64,000 nt of DNA from a virus (taxonomy: Duplodnaviria; Caudoviricetes). The DNA is taken from positions 32,001 to 96,000 of IMG/VR virus record IMGVR_UViG_3300047491_000255; one strand, given 5' to 3'. Shown here in pieces: positions 29,224 through 36,911 of the stretch. The first letter of the stretch is position 1. Every line of letters starts with the position of its first letter. The position numbers were made by a program, and so were the translations under genes. The notes below the pieces were generated by a model. That model was not told the DNA's origin. It did no database searches and saw nothing but the letters and a program-made list of their open reading frames with translations.

Positions 29224-29421
29224 CTACTTTAGCCCTAAGTTGGGTGTATCGTCGTCCGCAAAGAAAACGTCATGGCATTCCCACGCTGGAGGCCCGCAGT
29301 GGTAGCAGTTGGTTTTAGGATCGTCTGGGTCTTGGTTCCTGTCGGAACACGTCTTGCATGGGTCAGGAACACCCAGCAAGGCGTCCGATGCTACCTTCAT
29401 CTGCTCGATTCGCTCACTCAT
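29224..29421 (-). CDS. Cassette-borne Cys-rich hypothetical protein
   Basis: CKTC...CYHC; starts in attC 29371-29447. Confidence 0.6.
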   Translation of the reverse strand: MSERIEQMKVASDALLGVPDPCKTCSDRNQDPDDPKTNCYHCGPPAWECHDVFFADDDTPNLGLK

Positions 29422-29447
29422 TTCGGAGCCTCAACCTTGTGTTCTGT
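29371..29447 (+). mobile_element. attC-like site A (degenerate R'')
   Basis: ACCCAGC ... agcctcaac ... GTTCTGT; near copy of site D core. Confidence 0.6.
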
Positions 29448-29635
29448 ATGTACTCTTCGAGATACGCTTGGCAGATTCGACGCATTTCCATCCAAGACTG
29501 GCGGCCTGCCTTGCGACCGTACATGAGCCGTAGTTGCACGTTCGGAGGCGCGGCCAAGAACATGCGTTGATATGGGTGCAGAACCATTTGCTCCTCCGTA
29601 TGCCGGGGAGTGGCAGGCGTTTCAGGTGCGGTCAT
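29414..29635 (-). CDS. Cassette-borne hypothetical protein
   Basis: MTAPETPA...EYIQNTRLRLRNE; GAGGAG RBS inside attC B. Confidence 0.55.
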   Translation of the reverse strand: MTAPETPATPRHTEEQMVLHPYQRMFLAAPPNVQLRLMYGRKAGRQSWMEMRRICQAYLEEYIQNTRLRLRNE

Positions 29636-29680
29636 TTCGGTTCTCCTCGCTCCCCGGAAACGGAGAGCACGGTGTTCGGC
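29578..29680 (+). mobile_element. attC-like site B
   Basis: GCAGAAC; gctc(c)tccgt/acggagagc with extra C; ccggggag/ctccccgg; GTTCGGC. Confidence 0.8.
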
Positions 29681-29685
29681 GCTAC

Positions 29686-29871
29686 TCATTTCGGCATCAC
29701 TCGCAATTCGGACCACAGTGCGTCCCAATAGGTCGCCTTCGGTCCGCTGGTGAACTTGTTGAACGCCCTCGCCTCTAAATAGGGCTGCATGAGCAACAAC
29801 AGCGACGGCCCGACAACCAGCAGCGCAAGCACGATGAATACAAAACTTATCTTCACATCTTCCTTGTTCAT
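29686..29871 (-). CDS. Cassette-borne small membrane protein
   Basis: 61 aa with long hydrophobic helix; AAAGG RBS. Confidence 0.65.
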   Translation of the reverse strand: MNKEDVKISFVFIVLALLVVGPSLLLLMQPYLEARAFNKFTSGPKATYWDALWSELRVMPK

Positions 29872-29894
29872 CGTCGTTTCCTTTCAAAGCGGAG

Positions 29895-29952
29895 CGCCAA
29901 CAAGGCGCTCCAGTTGACTCACTTCGCTTGCAACTGAGTTTTGTCGTTCGGC
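29895..29952 (+). mobile_element. attC-like site C
   Basis: CGCCAAC; gctc(c)agttg/caactgagt with extra C; GTTCGGC; 58 bp. Confidence 0.85.
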
Positions 29953-30146
29953 GTCACGAGTACTTGCGTGACCTTGCCACGTCCTTCCGCCTCGGCACGC
30001 TTGTAGTGGTCTGGCGAGCACATGCGGACGACCAACTCAGACGGGTACAGGTGGCGATATTCGCTTTTCTCGGCGTCCCACCACGCCCACAGAACCGCCG
30101 AACCAGGCGTTTGAGGGCTACCTTCATTCTTCGCTTCGCTCGTCAT
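29919..30146 (-). CDS. Cassette-borne hypothetical protein
   Basis: 75 aa; starts in attC D, stops in attC C. Confidence 0.65.
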   Translation of the reverse strand: MTSEAKNEGSPQTPGSAVLWAWWDAEKSEYRHLYPSELVVRMCSPDHYKRAEAEGRGKVTQVLVTPNDKTQLQAK

Positions 30147-30173
30147 TTCGGAGCCTCAACTCTCTCGTAGGGC
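30097..30173 (+). mobile_element. attC-like site D (R' GTA variant)
   Basis: GCCGAAC; gtttgagggct/agcctcaac; GTAGGGC. Confidence 0.75.
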
Positions 30174-30430
30174 GAAACCACGACGCGCTCAGTACGCTCG
30201 ATGATCCGATGCCGATACGTTTCGCCATGTCCGCGATTTGTTTCACATTCATGTCTCAGTTTGTGAATAGCTTCTTGCAGCGCCTTGCACTCTGGGATGT
30301 CCGGGTCGGCATACCATCCATCGCGGCAGTCGGGTCTTGCCTCTTGGACGACGAATCGCCGAACCAAGCGGTCCAGCGGATGAGCGCCAACGGCGTCATT
30401 CGCAAATGGTGGCTTTGTGGTGGCGCTCAT
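30143..30430 (-). CDS. Cassette-borne hypothetical protein
   Basis: 95 aa; ATGA overlaps at both ends, each inside an attC. Confidence 0.65.
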   Translation of the reverse strand: MSATTKPPFANDAVGAHPLDRLVRRFVVQEARPDCRDGWYADPDIPECKALQEAIHKLRHECETNRGHGETYRHRIIERTERVVVSPYERVEAPK

Positions 30431-30451
30431 CGCTGACCTTTCTCGTTCGGC
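30358..30451 (+). mobile_element. attC-like site E
   Basis: GCCGAAC; ggtc(c)agcg(g)atgagcgcca/tggcgctcatcgctgacc with two extrahelical bases; GTTCGGC. Confidence 0.88.
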
Positions 30452-30651
30452 AACTCAATGCACGCGCCTATGGCGTTCCCGCCTGGTGTCGGAAACGTGT
30501 CGCCGCAAAACCACTTCCACCCGTCTCGGATTCGCGTCCAGTGCCCACCGTTGAAGGCGTGCGCTTTGGTGCCAATCGGGTAGTCGTTCCAGTCACGATC
30601 CTTCCACAGTCTGGCCGAACCAGACGGTTGAAAAAATTCACTACCGCTCAA
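30427..30651 (-). CDS. Cassette-borne Trp-rich hypothetical protein
   Basis: 74 aa; AGGAGGT RBS; carries GCCGAAC (30614-30620) complementary to the cassette start. Confidence 0.65.
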   Translation of the reverse strand: MSGSEFFQPSGSARLWKDRDWNDYPIGTKAHAFNGGHWTRIRDGWKWFCGDTFPTPGGNAIGACIELPNEKGQR

Positions 30652-30672
30652 TGCTTACCTCCTTGTTCTCAA

Positions 30673-30891
30673 TCATAGCCACAGCCGCACCGCCTTTCCG
30701 TGTCTCGGATGCTGTTCATTGACTCGCACAGTTTCAACGGTTGTCTCGAATACGTTTGGCACGCCGCAGGTCATATTCGAGTCTTGATCTGGCAATGTGC
30801 TACCAGTACAGGTCACTTCGATGTTCCCGTGTTCTTTGCGGACGCGCCGCAGTTCTTCGATCAGTTGGTCAATCTTCATGCTGTCCTCCAT
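30673..30891 (-). CDS. Hypothetical protein
   Basis: MKIDQLIEELRRVRKEHGNIEV, a common small phage protein pattern. Confidence 0.65.
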   Translation of the reverse strand: MEDSMKIDQLIEELRRVRKEHGNIEVTCTGSTLPDQDSNMTCGVPNVFETTVETVRVNEQHPRHGKAVRLWL

Positions 30892-30909
30892 TTGTTGCGA
30901 ACAACCGCG

Positions 30910-31242
30910 TCACTCTTCCACCTGGTACATCGTCTTCCCGTTGCTTTGCATGCGCATTTCAACGACCCCCGCGCCCATTACCGCGATGTACTCGCGGCCG
31001 GTGTCCACGTCGCGCAGCACAAGGATGTCGCGGCTATGCCCTTCAGCGTCGTTGATGACCTGAGCAGACGTGACGTTGAACCTTCCGCTCTGCTCGGCCT
31101 TCAGCTTCTCGTTGCTCACTGGCGTCGGGTCGGAACACCCGGCCAACAAGGCGCTGGTAACTACGGCGATAGTACACCCGGTAAACAAGGCGCTGGTAAC
31201 TACGGCGATAGTACACCCAGCAAACGTGATTCTCCTGTTCAT
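30910..31242 (-). CDS. Putative lipoprotein in cassette array
   Basis: Signal with LLAGC lipobox; 13-aa duplication in the signal region. Confidence 0.65.
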   Translation of the reverse strand: MNRRITFAGCTIAVVTSALFTGCTIAVVTSALLAGCSDPTPVSNEKLKAEQSGRFNVTSAQVINDAEGHSRDILVLRDVDTGREYIAVMGAGVVEMRMQSNGKTMYQVEE

Positions 31243-31290
31243 GCGTTCCTTTCTGGCGTCTGCCGCCGAGTTTCAGCTTTGTCGTTACAG
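31141..31290 (+). mobile_element. attC-like site with internal 39-bp duplication
   Basis: GGCCAAC; gctggtaactacggcg/cgccgagtttcagc; GTTACAG. Confidence 0.65.
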
Positions 31291-31374
31291 ATCGAGCCTT
31301 CCGTCCGCTTGTTAGCGGGGTCATAGTGGAAAACCTAGCGTACAGACCTTTCGGCCACTCCCGCAGGTAAATCA

Positions 31375-31925
31375 AATGACTGTCTCTCCAGCCTGTCACC
31401 GATCTCCTTTATCTCGACTGGCTACCTTACAGTGCTACGGTCGCCGTCACCAGTCAAAGTCCGATTTCCACAGACGCCCTTTCAGGTCGAACACGACTGA
31501 CGGAATACCTTTTCAGTCTTTGGGAGCTTTTCATTCCCGTTTCCGTCATCGGGTTCGGGACAATCGATTTCCCCTCTAGGGAAATCGACTACCTCCCCAC
31601 CATCCAATCATCGGGATTCTCTGCTATATTCGTTTTAGGTTCGTATTGATAAAGACCAGCATATCCTTCCCGATTTCGTGAGCCATTAGCGACCTCTTCT
31701 ACCTAACTAATCTCAGGAAGGGATCATCTCCCCCCTGATTTAGCTTCGACCTGCTCACAGGCGGGCTTGGAACCGCCTTGCCGCATTACTGGCCCGACAT
31801 TGCCTCTTCCGGGTGTTACTCCGGACGTACAGTCGGCCAGTCCTCTGCGATTACTGACAACCAATAAGGTGTCAGTCACCTCAAGATTAAAAACTGGCAG
31901 GACGGATTCTCGCCGTCGCACTTGT
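31375..31925 (-). ncRNA. Unclassified structured RNA region (one or more RNAs)
   Basis: No credible ORF; series of stems, e.g. TAATCTTGAGG/CCTGAGATTA, ATCGGGA/TCCCGAT, TCGATTTCCC/GGGAAATCGA, TGACGGAA/TTCCGTCA. Confidence 0.55.
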
Positions 31926-32054
31926 CTCCCTCATCCTCATCCGCCTCCAAAAAACAGCCTTTTATTTGAGAAGCCATTAACTTAGAGGTCTTACTGATGT
32001 TTTTTGAGATCATCGACTCTTTTTTTATTTTGCCCAAGAGGACGAACCTCCATG

Positions 32055-32346
32055 TTTACTATTGCACCCGACAAGAGGCATCGTTAGCCTTGCCCAAATT
32101 TCCCCCCGCTTCACCACCCTTGTTCCCTACGACTTGCGCCCGGATTGCTCCGTGTCACAGTCTCGGAGGGGGTGTGGCAGCCATTCAGGTTCCTTCGAGA
32201 CCCTGTAGCCTTTTACTACCCTTGCCTGTGTGTGCCGCCTGTTTTCAGACGGCTGACCGTGTTTCGGAATTACCCTACTTTGCGGATTTTTAGCGCATTG
32301 GGACTTCATGCGCAGACACGTTAAATGCCGTGTCACTACCAGTAAA
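32055..32346 (-). ncRNA. Unclassified ~290-nt structured RNA
   Basis: Starts just after boxA; ends pair (TTTACTG/TAGTAAA); hairpins GACACG/CGTGTC, GCGCAT/ATGCGC, GCCGTCTG/CAGGCGGC. Confidence 0.6.
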
Positions 32347-32352
32347 AATCAG

Positions 32353-32365
32353 TTTTCAAAGAGCA
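32353..32365 (-). promoter_or_regulatory. boxA-like site
   Basis: TGCTCTTTGAAAA. Confidence 0.7.
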
Positions 32366-32458
32366 TCGAGCGTCTCGGGTCCAATTTCATAACCCGACTT
32401 GAGCCGCTTCTCAGTCCAATCGGTTTCCCGATCTTAGCTCCACGGCTGATACTCGAAA

Positions 32459-32796
32459 GGACTTTGTGATGGCGTGCTGTTACGCCAAAGAATCCACCAT
32501 GCGGTTGAGTATGGCCTACGTCAAAATCGCGGTCCGCACGAACATTTTTGACGCCGGGAGCCGCAACCTCCTTCGCCACACAACAGGGCAGTACACTCTA
32601 CCGCACCCCCGATGGCTCCGGCATGATCTTTCGATCTTCCGTCTCTTCGAGATGCAAGACATCCGGTTCCGTCCGGCCTACCCAATCCCCGTTGCGCCAC
32701 TCCGAATAGCCGCTATTCCAACGGCACTCACGTAGTGATTCTCAGCGATGCACTCATTAAGGTGGCTGCCTCTAAGCCCACCACCATCACTAGTCC
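32459..32796 (-). ncRNA. 338-nt RNA mimicking 23S rRNA H42-H44 (uL11-binding GTPase-associated centre)
   Basis: GGTGGGCTTAGAGGCAGCCACC (H43-like) near 5' end; GCGTAACAGC (H44-like) near 3' end; closed by GTGATGG/CCATCAC and GGACT/AGTCC. Confidence 0.8.
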
Positions 32797-32799
32797 AAA

Positions 32800-32812
32800 T
32801 TGTCAAAGAACA
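32800..32812 (-). promoter_or_regulatory. boxA-like site
   Basis: TGTTCTTTGACAA, 3 nt before the 338-nt RNA. Confidence 0.7.
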
Positions 32813-32813
32813 T

Positions 32814-33019
32814 GTGAAGCCACGATCCATACCGTCCCAGGTTCGGGCTGACCCTACTACTGACTGGAATTGAACCAGCTTTGTCGCCTCACACTCAGAT
32901 TCTCTATTGAGGATTCTGGATGGCCGCTAAACCCTTCTCCATCGCCTCACTCTCCTGTCTTGTTGACCGCTAAGCCAATGACTCGGTTTGCTATGGCAAC
33001 GCCAAAATCCTCAGTAGAA
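32814..33019 (-). ncRNA. Stem-loop RNA plus permuted tRNA-like domain
   Basis: TACTGAGGATTTTGG/CCAGAATCCTCAATA stem (about 32900-33019), then GTGAGGC/GCTTCAC stem enclosing T arm GCTGGTTCAATTCCAGT. Confidence 0.5.
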
Positions 33020-33037
33020 CATCCTCACATCCATACA

Positions 33038-33505
33038 TTACCGATTCTTTTTCAGAATACGGGAAAAAAATGTTTTTTTCTTTTGAGTCTCTTCGACGTT
33101 CTCGTCGATGGTGACGACATTGTCCGGTCCCCGTTCAGACTCCACAGTAGGCTCAATCTCTAGGTCTGCCGCCTTCACACCATCTTCGATCTTGTCTGGA
33201 GCTGTGCCCTTCGGCTTCGATCCTGCGATATTCAAAATCAGCTCTCCAAGCTTTGTATCGATCACACGACCCGGAACGATCTCCTCGCCATCCTGACGCC
33301 GCTTCTCCGTGTCTATCTTATGAGCTTCGATCTGATGCCTGTAAGACCAATTACGAACCCCTTCCTTCCATTCCCCATCAATCAGGACATCCAGACGATA
33401 CCTCTTATCAGGATTGTTTCTCTGAATGTTTCGCTTCTTCCGAATCGCATTGGCACGAGCTTGCTTTTTCTGCCACCTCTTACGCTCTACTCTTGTCTGA
33501 CCCAT
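33038..33505 (-). CDS. Hypothetical basic protein
   Basis: 155 aa, AGGAGG RBS, upstream TATAAT. Confidence 0.7.
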   Translation of the reverse strand: MGQTRVERKRWQKKQARANAIRKKRNIQRNNPDKRYRLDVLIDGEWKEGVRNWSYRHQIEAHKIDTEKRRQDGEEIVPGRVIDTKLGELILNIAGSKPKGTAPDKIEDGVKAADLEIEPTVESERGPDNVVTIDENVEETQKKKTFFSRILKKNR

Positions 33506-33637
33506 ATTGCCATCCTCCTAGATAATTCGTTCGAGATTGACTATATCAACCAACACGAACATTATACGCGGAAGGCAAAATATTTTGAAATAAAAATCTA
33601 CCACTCTTTTTGCGGTCCTCTTATCCGACCATATATT

Positions 33638-33976
33638 TTATCGGAGTTGAGATATTCCGCTTTCAGTAAGCCGTCTTTCGATCTCTGGTGTCATTGGAAG
33701 ATCGGCAATTCCTGTTGCAAACACGGAACCGTCTCCATTTCCTCCCATAAACACACCAGATGATATGACGTTGCCCATACGACCAGCTTCCCTGCGAGCA
33801 AATGTACTCGCTCGATCTGCCAACTTATTAGACCGAGAAACATTCAAAGCCGTCTTTGCAGATTCAGGAATGATTGCTAATACATATACCTTAGCCTCAT
33901 CTTCATTCCGAACCCAACACAATTTTACTCCCGACATAGCACAAGATAATGAAGACATCATATTTTTCACAGTCAT
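33638..33976 (-). CDS. Hypothetical protein
   Basis: AAGGAGG RBS before ATG 33976. Confidence 0.6.
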   Translation of the reverse strand: MTVKNMMSSLSCAMSGVKLCWVRNEDEAKVYVLAIIPESAKTALNVSRSNKLADRASTFARREAGRMGNVISSGVFMGGNGDGSVFATGIADLPMTPEIERRLTESGISQLR

Positions 33977-33996
33977 ATTGCCCTCCTTCCATTTCT

Positions 33997-34989
33997 TCAA
34001 TTCATCATGCCACGTTCAAAACACTCATGAATATCAAGCTTGAACTTCGTATGCTTTCGATCTTCCAGCTCAATGTCTGTGTAATTGTCCTTAGCCTTTG
34101 GAGATTCTTTCCATCCATTCCCTCCACAAGTCTCTCCAACCTGTTTACCCGTTGTAAAGACGAGATCATTCCTGCCCGCTCCAACATGAAGCACACTGTC
34201 CTGATTGTACTTATTTCCGAGTTCTTCAAGCATTTTCCGGCGACTCTTGCTTTCATCACCATCCTTGTGATGAACCATCAAGGACTTTTGTGTTTTTGGC
34301 GTTAGCTCGGTATCGTCATGAAACACTAGGAACGTGCTCTCTGGACCACCATAATGACCTACAACCTCGGTGTATGGAAGACCAGCCCTCTCTAAATCAA
34401 TTCTAAGTTTTTCATGTCTCTTGTGGAAAAACTCATCATCAGGTGCCATACCTGCTTCCTTTGGAAAATTCTTGTTTCTGCCAGCAGAAATAAGCGTGAA
34501 ATGACCCTTTGTGAGAGTATCTACTAGCTTCGGCTTGCTTAACGGAATATACGCCTTGTATTGAATTCTCTTCTTTGGCTTAGGATCAGCCGTCTCATCC
34601 TTCTTCGTTGGCATCGTCACTTTAGACTTATTTTGTTGTGCGTCAGGAGATTTCCCCTCTGGAGGAGCCTTGCGATTCACCACTTTCAGTTTCGTGTCTT
34701 TCCTAACATCATGCTCTCTTTGATATTTATTAAGAGCGTCCTGTGTTGGGAAATCGATACCAACAAATACCCTAGCCACTCGATCAGCTAAAAAGCTCTC
34801 GACAATCCTAGATGAAATAGCCGCAGTTCTTGAAGCCTTAAAATCCTTAATCAAATCATCAACATACCAAGTATTAACCATATTGTGTGGATCAAGATGA
34901 TACTTCTCACGATTGTCCAATGCGTATTCCACAAAATCATCCACATTGAATCTATGATTCTTCGCAACAGTTTCTAATGTATTCCACAT
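33997..34989 (-). CDS. Multi-domain hypothetical protein (DUF3293-like C-terminal domain)
   Basis: FTLISAGRN...GHYGGPESTFLV...LGNKYNQDSVL; carries the DFPTQDA motif. Confidence 0.6.
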   Translation of the reverse strand: MWNTLETVAKNHRFNVDDFVEYALDNREKYHLDPHNMVNTWYVDDLIKDFKASRTAAISSRIVESFLADRVARVFVGIDFPTQDALNKYQREHDVRKDTKLKVVNRKAPPEGKSPDAQQNKSKVTMPTKKDETADPKPKKRIQYKAYIPLSKPKLVDTLTKGHFTLISAGRNKNFPKEAGMAPDDEFFHKRHEKLRIDLERAGLPYTEVVGHYGGPESTFLVFHDDTELTPKTQKSLMVHHKDGDESKSRRKMLEELGNKYNQDSVLHVGAGRNDLVFTTGKQVGETCGGNGWKESPKAKDNYTDIELEDRKHTKFKLDIHECFERGMMN

Positions 34990-35011
34990 AATAGTTATTC
35001 ACCTTTCATTC

Positions 35012-35752
35012 TCATGACCATCCATCTATCGCTAAAGCATCATGTAAATCATCAATCTGTTGCCGACATCTCAGTTCTAACGCACTTGACTCAGCATGAG
35101 CCTTAGAGTAGGGAACACCTTGTTCCATGAGATTCCTCTCGTGAATTTCATGTAGGATTACGAATCCACGTTCTTGCCAATTCAAATCGTTATCAATCCA
35201 CACATCCATAGGCGGGATATACTCATAAACATACTCGTGACCGCCTTGAGTAAAATCTATATGCAAAACACTGCGAACAAGTCGTCCATTGACAACCCAT
35301 ACCTTGACTCCGCTTTCCAGCGTCTTGATGAGTTTTATTCTGAATAACTTAGGATCAACTATTTTCCGAATGGGATCAATCACTTGTTTAATATCCCCAT
35401 CCTTCCGACGAATATTCTTCTCGACCTGATCTGCCTCTACAATGGCTTCCGCATAGGATTTTCCATTGCGCATCAAAGACCATTCTATTTTGAGATGCTC
35501 GATGTAATAACTGGACTCATCATTTGAGCTTTCCTTGTCCAGCCAAAACTCTGTCTCAGGAATAAACGGGAAACGATAGTGCTGACCAAAATTGGTGAAT
35601 TCCTCATCGATGTAGGTGCGAATATATTCGCCATCCACGACCCATACCTTGATTTCCGTATCCTGTGCTTTAGCAGTATCCTTCAATTCGAGACGAGGAT
35701 ATTCCACAGAGGCAACGGAATCAGCCAATCTTAGAATTCGAGCATTGTCCAT
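35012..35752 (-). CDS. Tandem-domain zincin-like protein
   Basis: Two copies of VWVV.G...R.....FT..G.HY/H.Y...IP....W.D; second has HEIHE...SKAH. Confidence 0.6.
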   Translation of the reverse strand: MDNARILRLADSVASVEYPRLELKDTAKAQDTEIKVWVVDGEYIRTYIDEEFTNFGQHYRFPFIPETEFWLDKESSNDESSYYIEHLKIEWSLMRNGKSYAEAIVEADQVEKNIRRKDGDIKQVIDPIRKIVDPKLFRIKLIKTLESGVKVWVVNGRLVRSVLHIDFTQGGHEYVYEYIPPMDVWIDNDLNWQERGFVILHEIHERNLMEQGVPYSKAHAESSALELRCRQQIDDLHDALAIDGWS

Positions 35753-36005
35753 TCTTATGATCTCCTCCATTAAGGGAAGAAATATCAATAAAAAATGACA
35801 ATTAGCGCAGATTATGATCTTGCGGTAATCATCTACCCTTGGGTCCGCACTTCTTGAAGTGATCCGGCGGAACCTTCTCTGTTGAACGATGTTGCCCGTT
35901 TGGATGCCAGAATCAGAGCTTCACGACAAGTGCGGGCAACTGCCATGACGAGTTTCGAATCCCTGTCAAGACCATCATTAGGACCGATCTGTTAATATGC
36001 TGCCT

Positions 36006-36908
36006 TCATGCTGCAATTCCATTCGCTTTGGCTGTTTCATACCAATCAATTTGTCCGACCTTAGCCAGGACACGGCAATAATTGCCGGCTACCGCCAGAA
36101 CTAAACTCTTGACAGCCCCGGTGTAATCCGTGCTCCACTTCTTCAGACACTCATCGCCATGAGGCAGCATGGTCCTCTTAGAGCGACGATTGACGCTGAC
36201 GACATTGCCCTCTTTCTCTTCAAAACCAGGAAGAAACTTCACAACCGGGCACTTGCCATCTTCGGCCAACTTGGCGATTTTCTCAACCAGACCCTTCGAC
36301 GCACGAGCCGCCAACTGATTCCAGCGAGTTTCATCTCCCAGCGGCTGCACTACCATCGGCTCAAACGGCGAGTTGCGAACAGCAACCTCAGCGATCTTCT
36401 TGAGGTCAGACAAATTGTGGTTGACCGCAATCGTCGTATTGATATTCAGCCAGTCCGTCCAACCATTCGCCGTTCCACCACTCACATTGAACGTCACCTT
36501 GACGCCGTTGATCTCTGCAGGGATGTAGGAGTATCCCTTTTCAGGAAGCATCTTGATAGCAGTCCGAGGAATCACGAAGTAGAAATCCATACCAGCTTTC
36601 GCCGTCCAGAACTTACTCCCACTACAGCGATAGTGTTTGAACTCATGGACCACCTTGCCGGAAGCAGCCACATTCGGATGGCTAAACCGAGCCGACGGCT
36701 TGTTGACAGTCGCCCCAGCCCGAACGATCAGATAGTCTCCCGGAGCAATCTCGATCTGATACTGCTCGCCAGGAGTGCCGTCCACGACCAACAGCGTCCC
36801 ACACTCACTCAGGAGCTTGGGTTCTGTCATCTTGACCCCGGTAGGGGGAGTAGATTTATCATTCGCATCAATCAGTTTTTGAATGTCGTTCATCATAGTG
36901 TCACCCAT
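36006..36908 (-). CDS. Hypothetical protein
   Basis: 300-aa ORF. Confidence 0.75.
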   Translation of the reverse strand: MGDTMMNDIQKLIDANDKSTPPTGVKMTEPKLLSECGTLLVVDGTPGEQYQIEIAPGDYLIVRAGATVNKPSARFSHPNVAASGKVVHEFKHYRCSGSKFWTAKAGMDFYFVIPRTAIKMLPEKGYSYIPAEINGVKVTFNVSGGTANGWTDWLNINTTIAVNHNLSDLKKIAEVAVRNSPFEPMVVQPLGDETRWNQLAARASKGLVEKIAKLAEDGKCPVVKFLPGFEEKEGNVVSVNRRSKRTMLPHGDECLKKWSTDYTGAVKSLVLAVAGNYCRVLAKVGQIDWYETAKANGIAA

Positions 36909-36911
36909 TCT

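Noticed and set aside
29239-31317. CRISPR array
   Set aside because: Repeats are degenerate palindromes separated by gene-sized spacers; no cas genes
31313-31364. tRNA-like 5' half (GCGGGAGTGGCCGAAAGG...TTCCA)
   Set aside because: No D-stem or anticodon-stem partner, no T arm, and no 3' half found on the other side of the cassette array
32366-32456. Hammerhead ribozyme or c-di-GMP riboswitch in the small branched RNA
   Set aside because: Folds plausibly, but CUGANGA/GAAA core order and riboswitch consensus are not met; left unclassified
32459-32796. True 23S rRNA gene or fragment
   Set aside because: Similarity is confined to H43/H44 and is split by unrelated sequence, so it is called a mimic and not rRNA
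31376-33163. Short ORFs across the RNA island
   Set aside because: No RBS or protein-like features; region better explained by RNA structure
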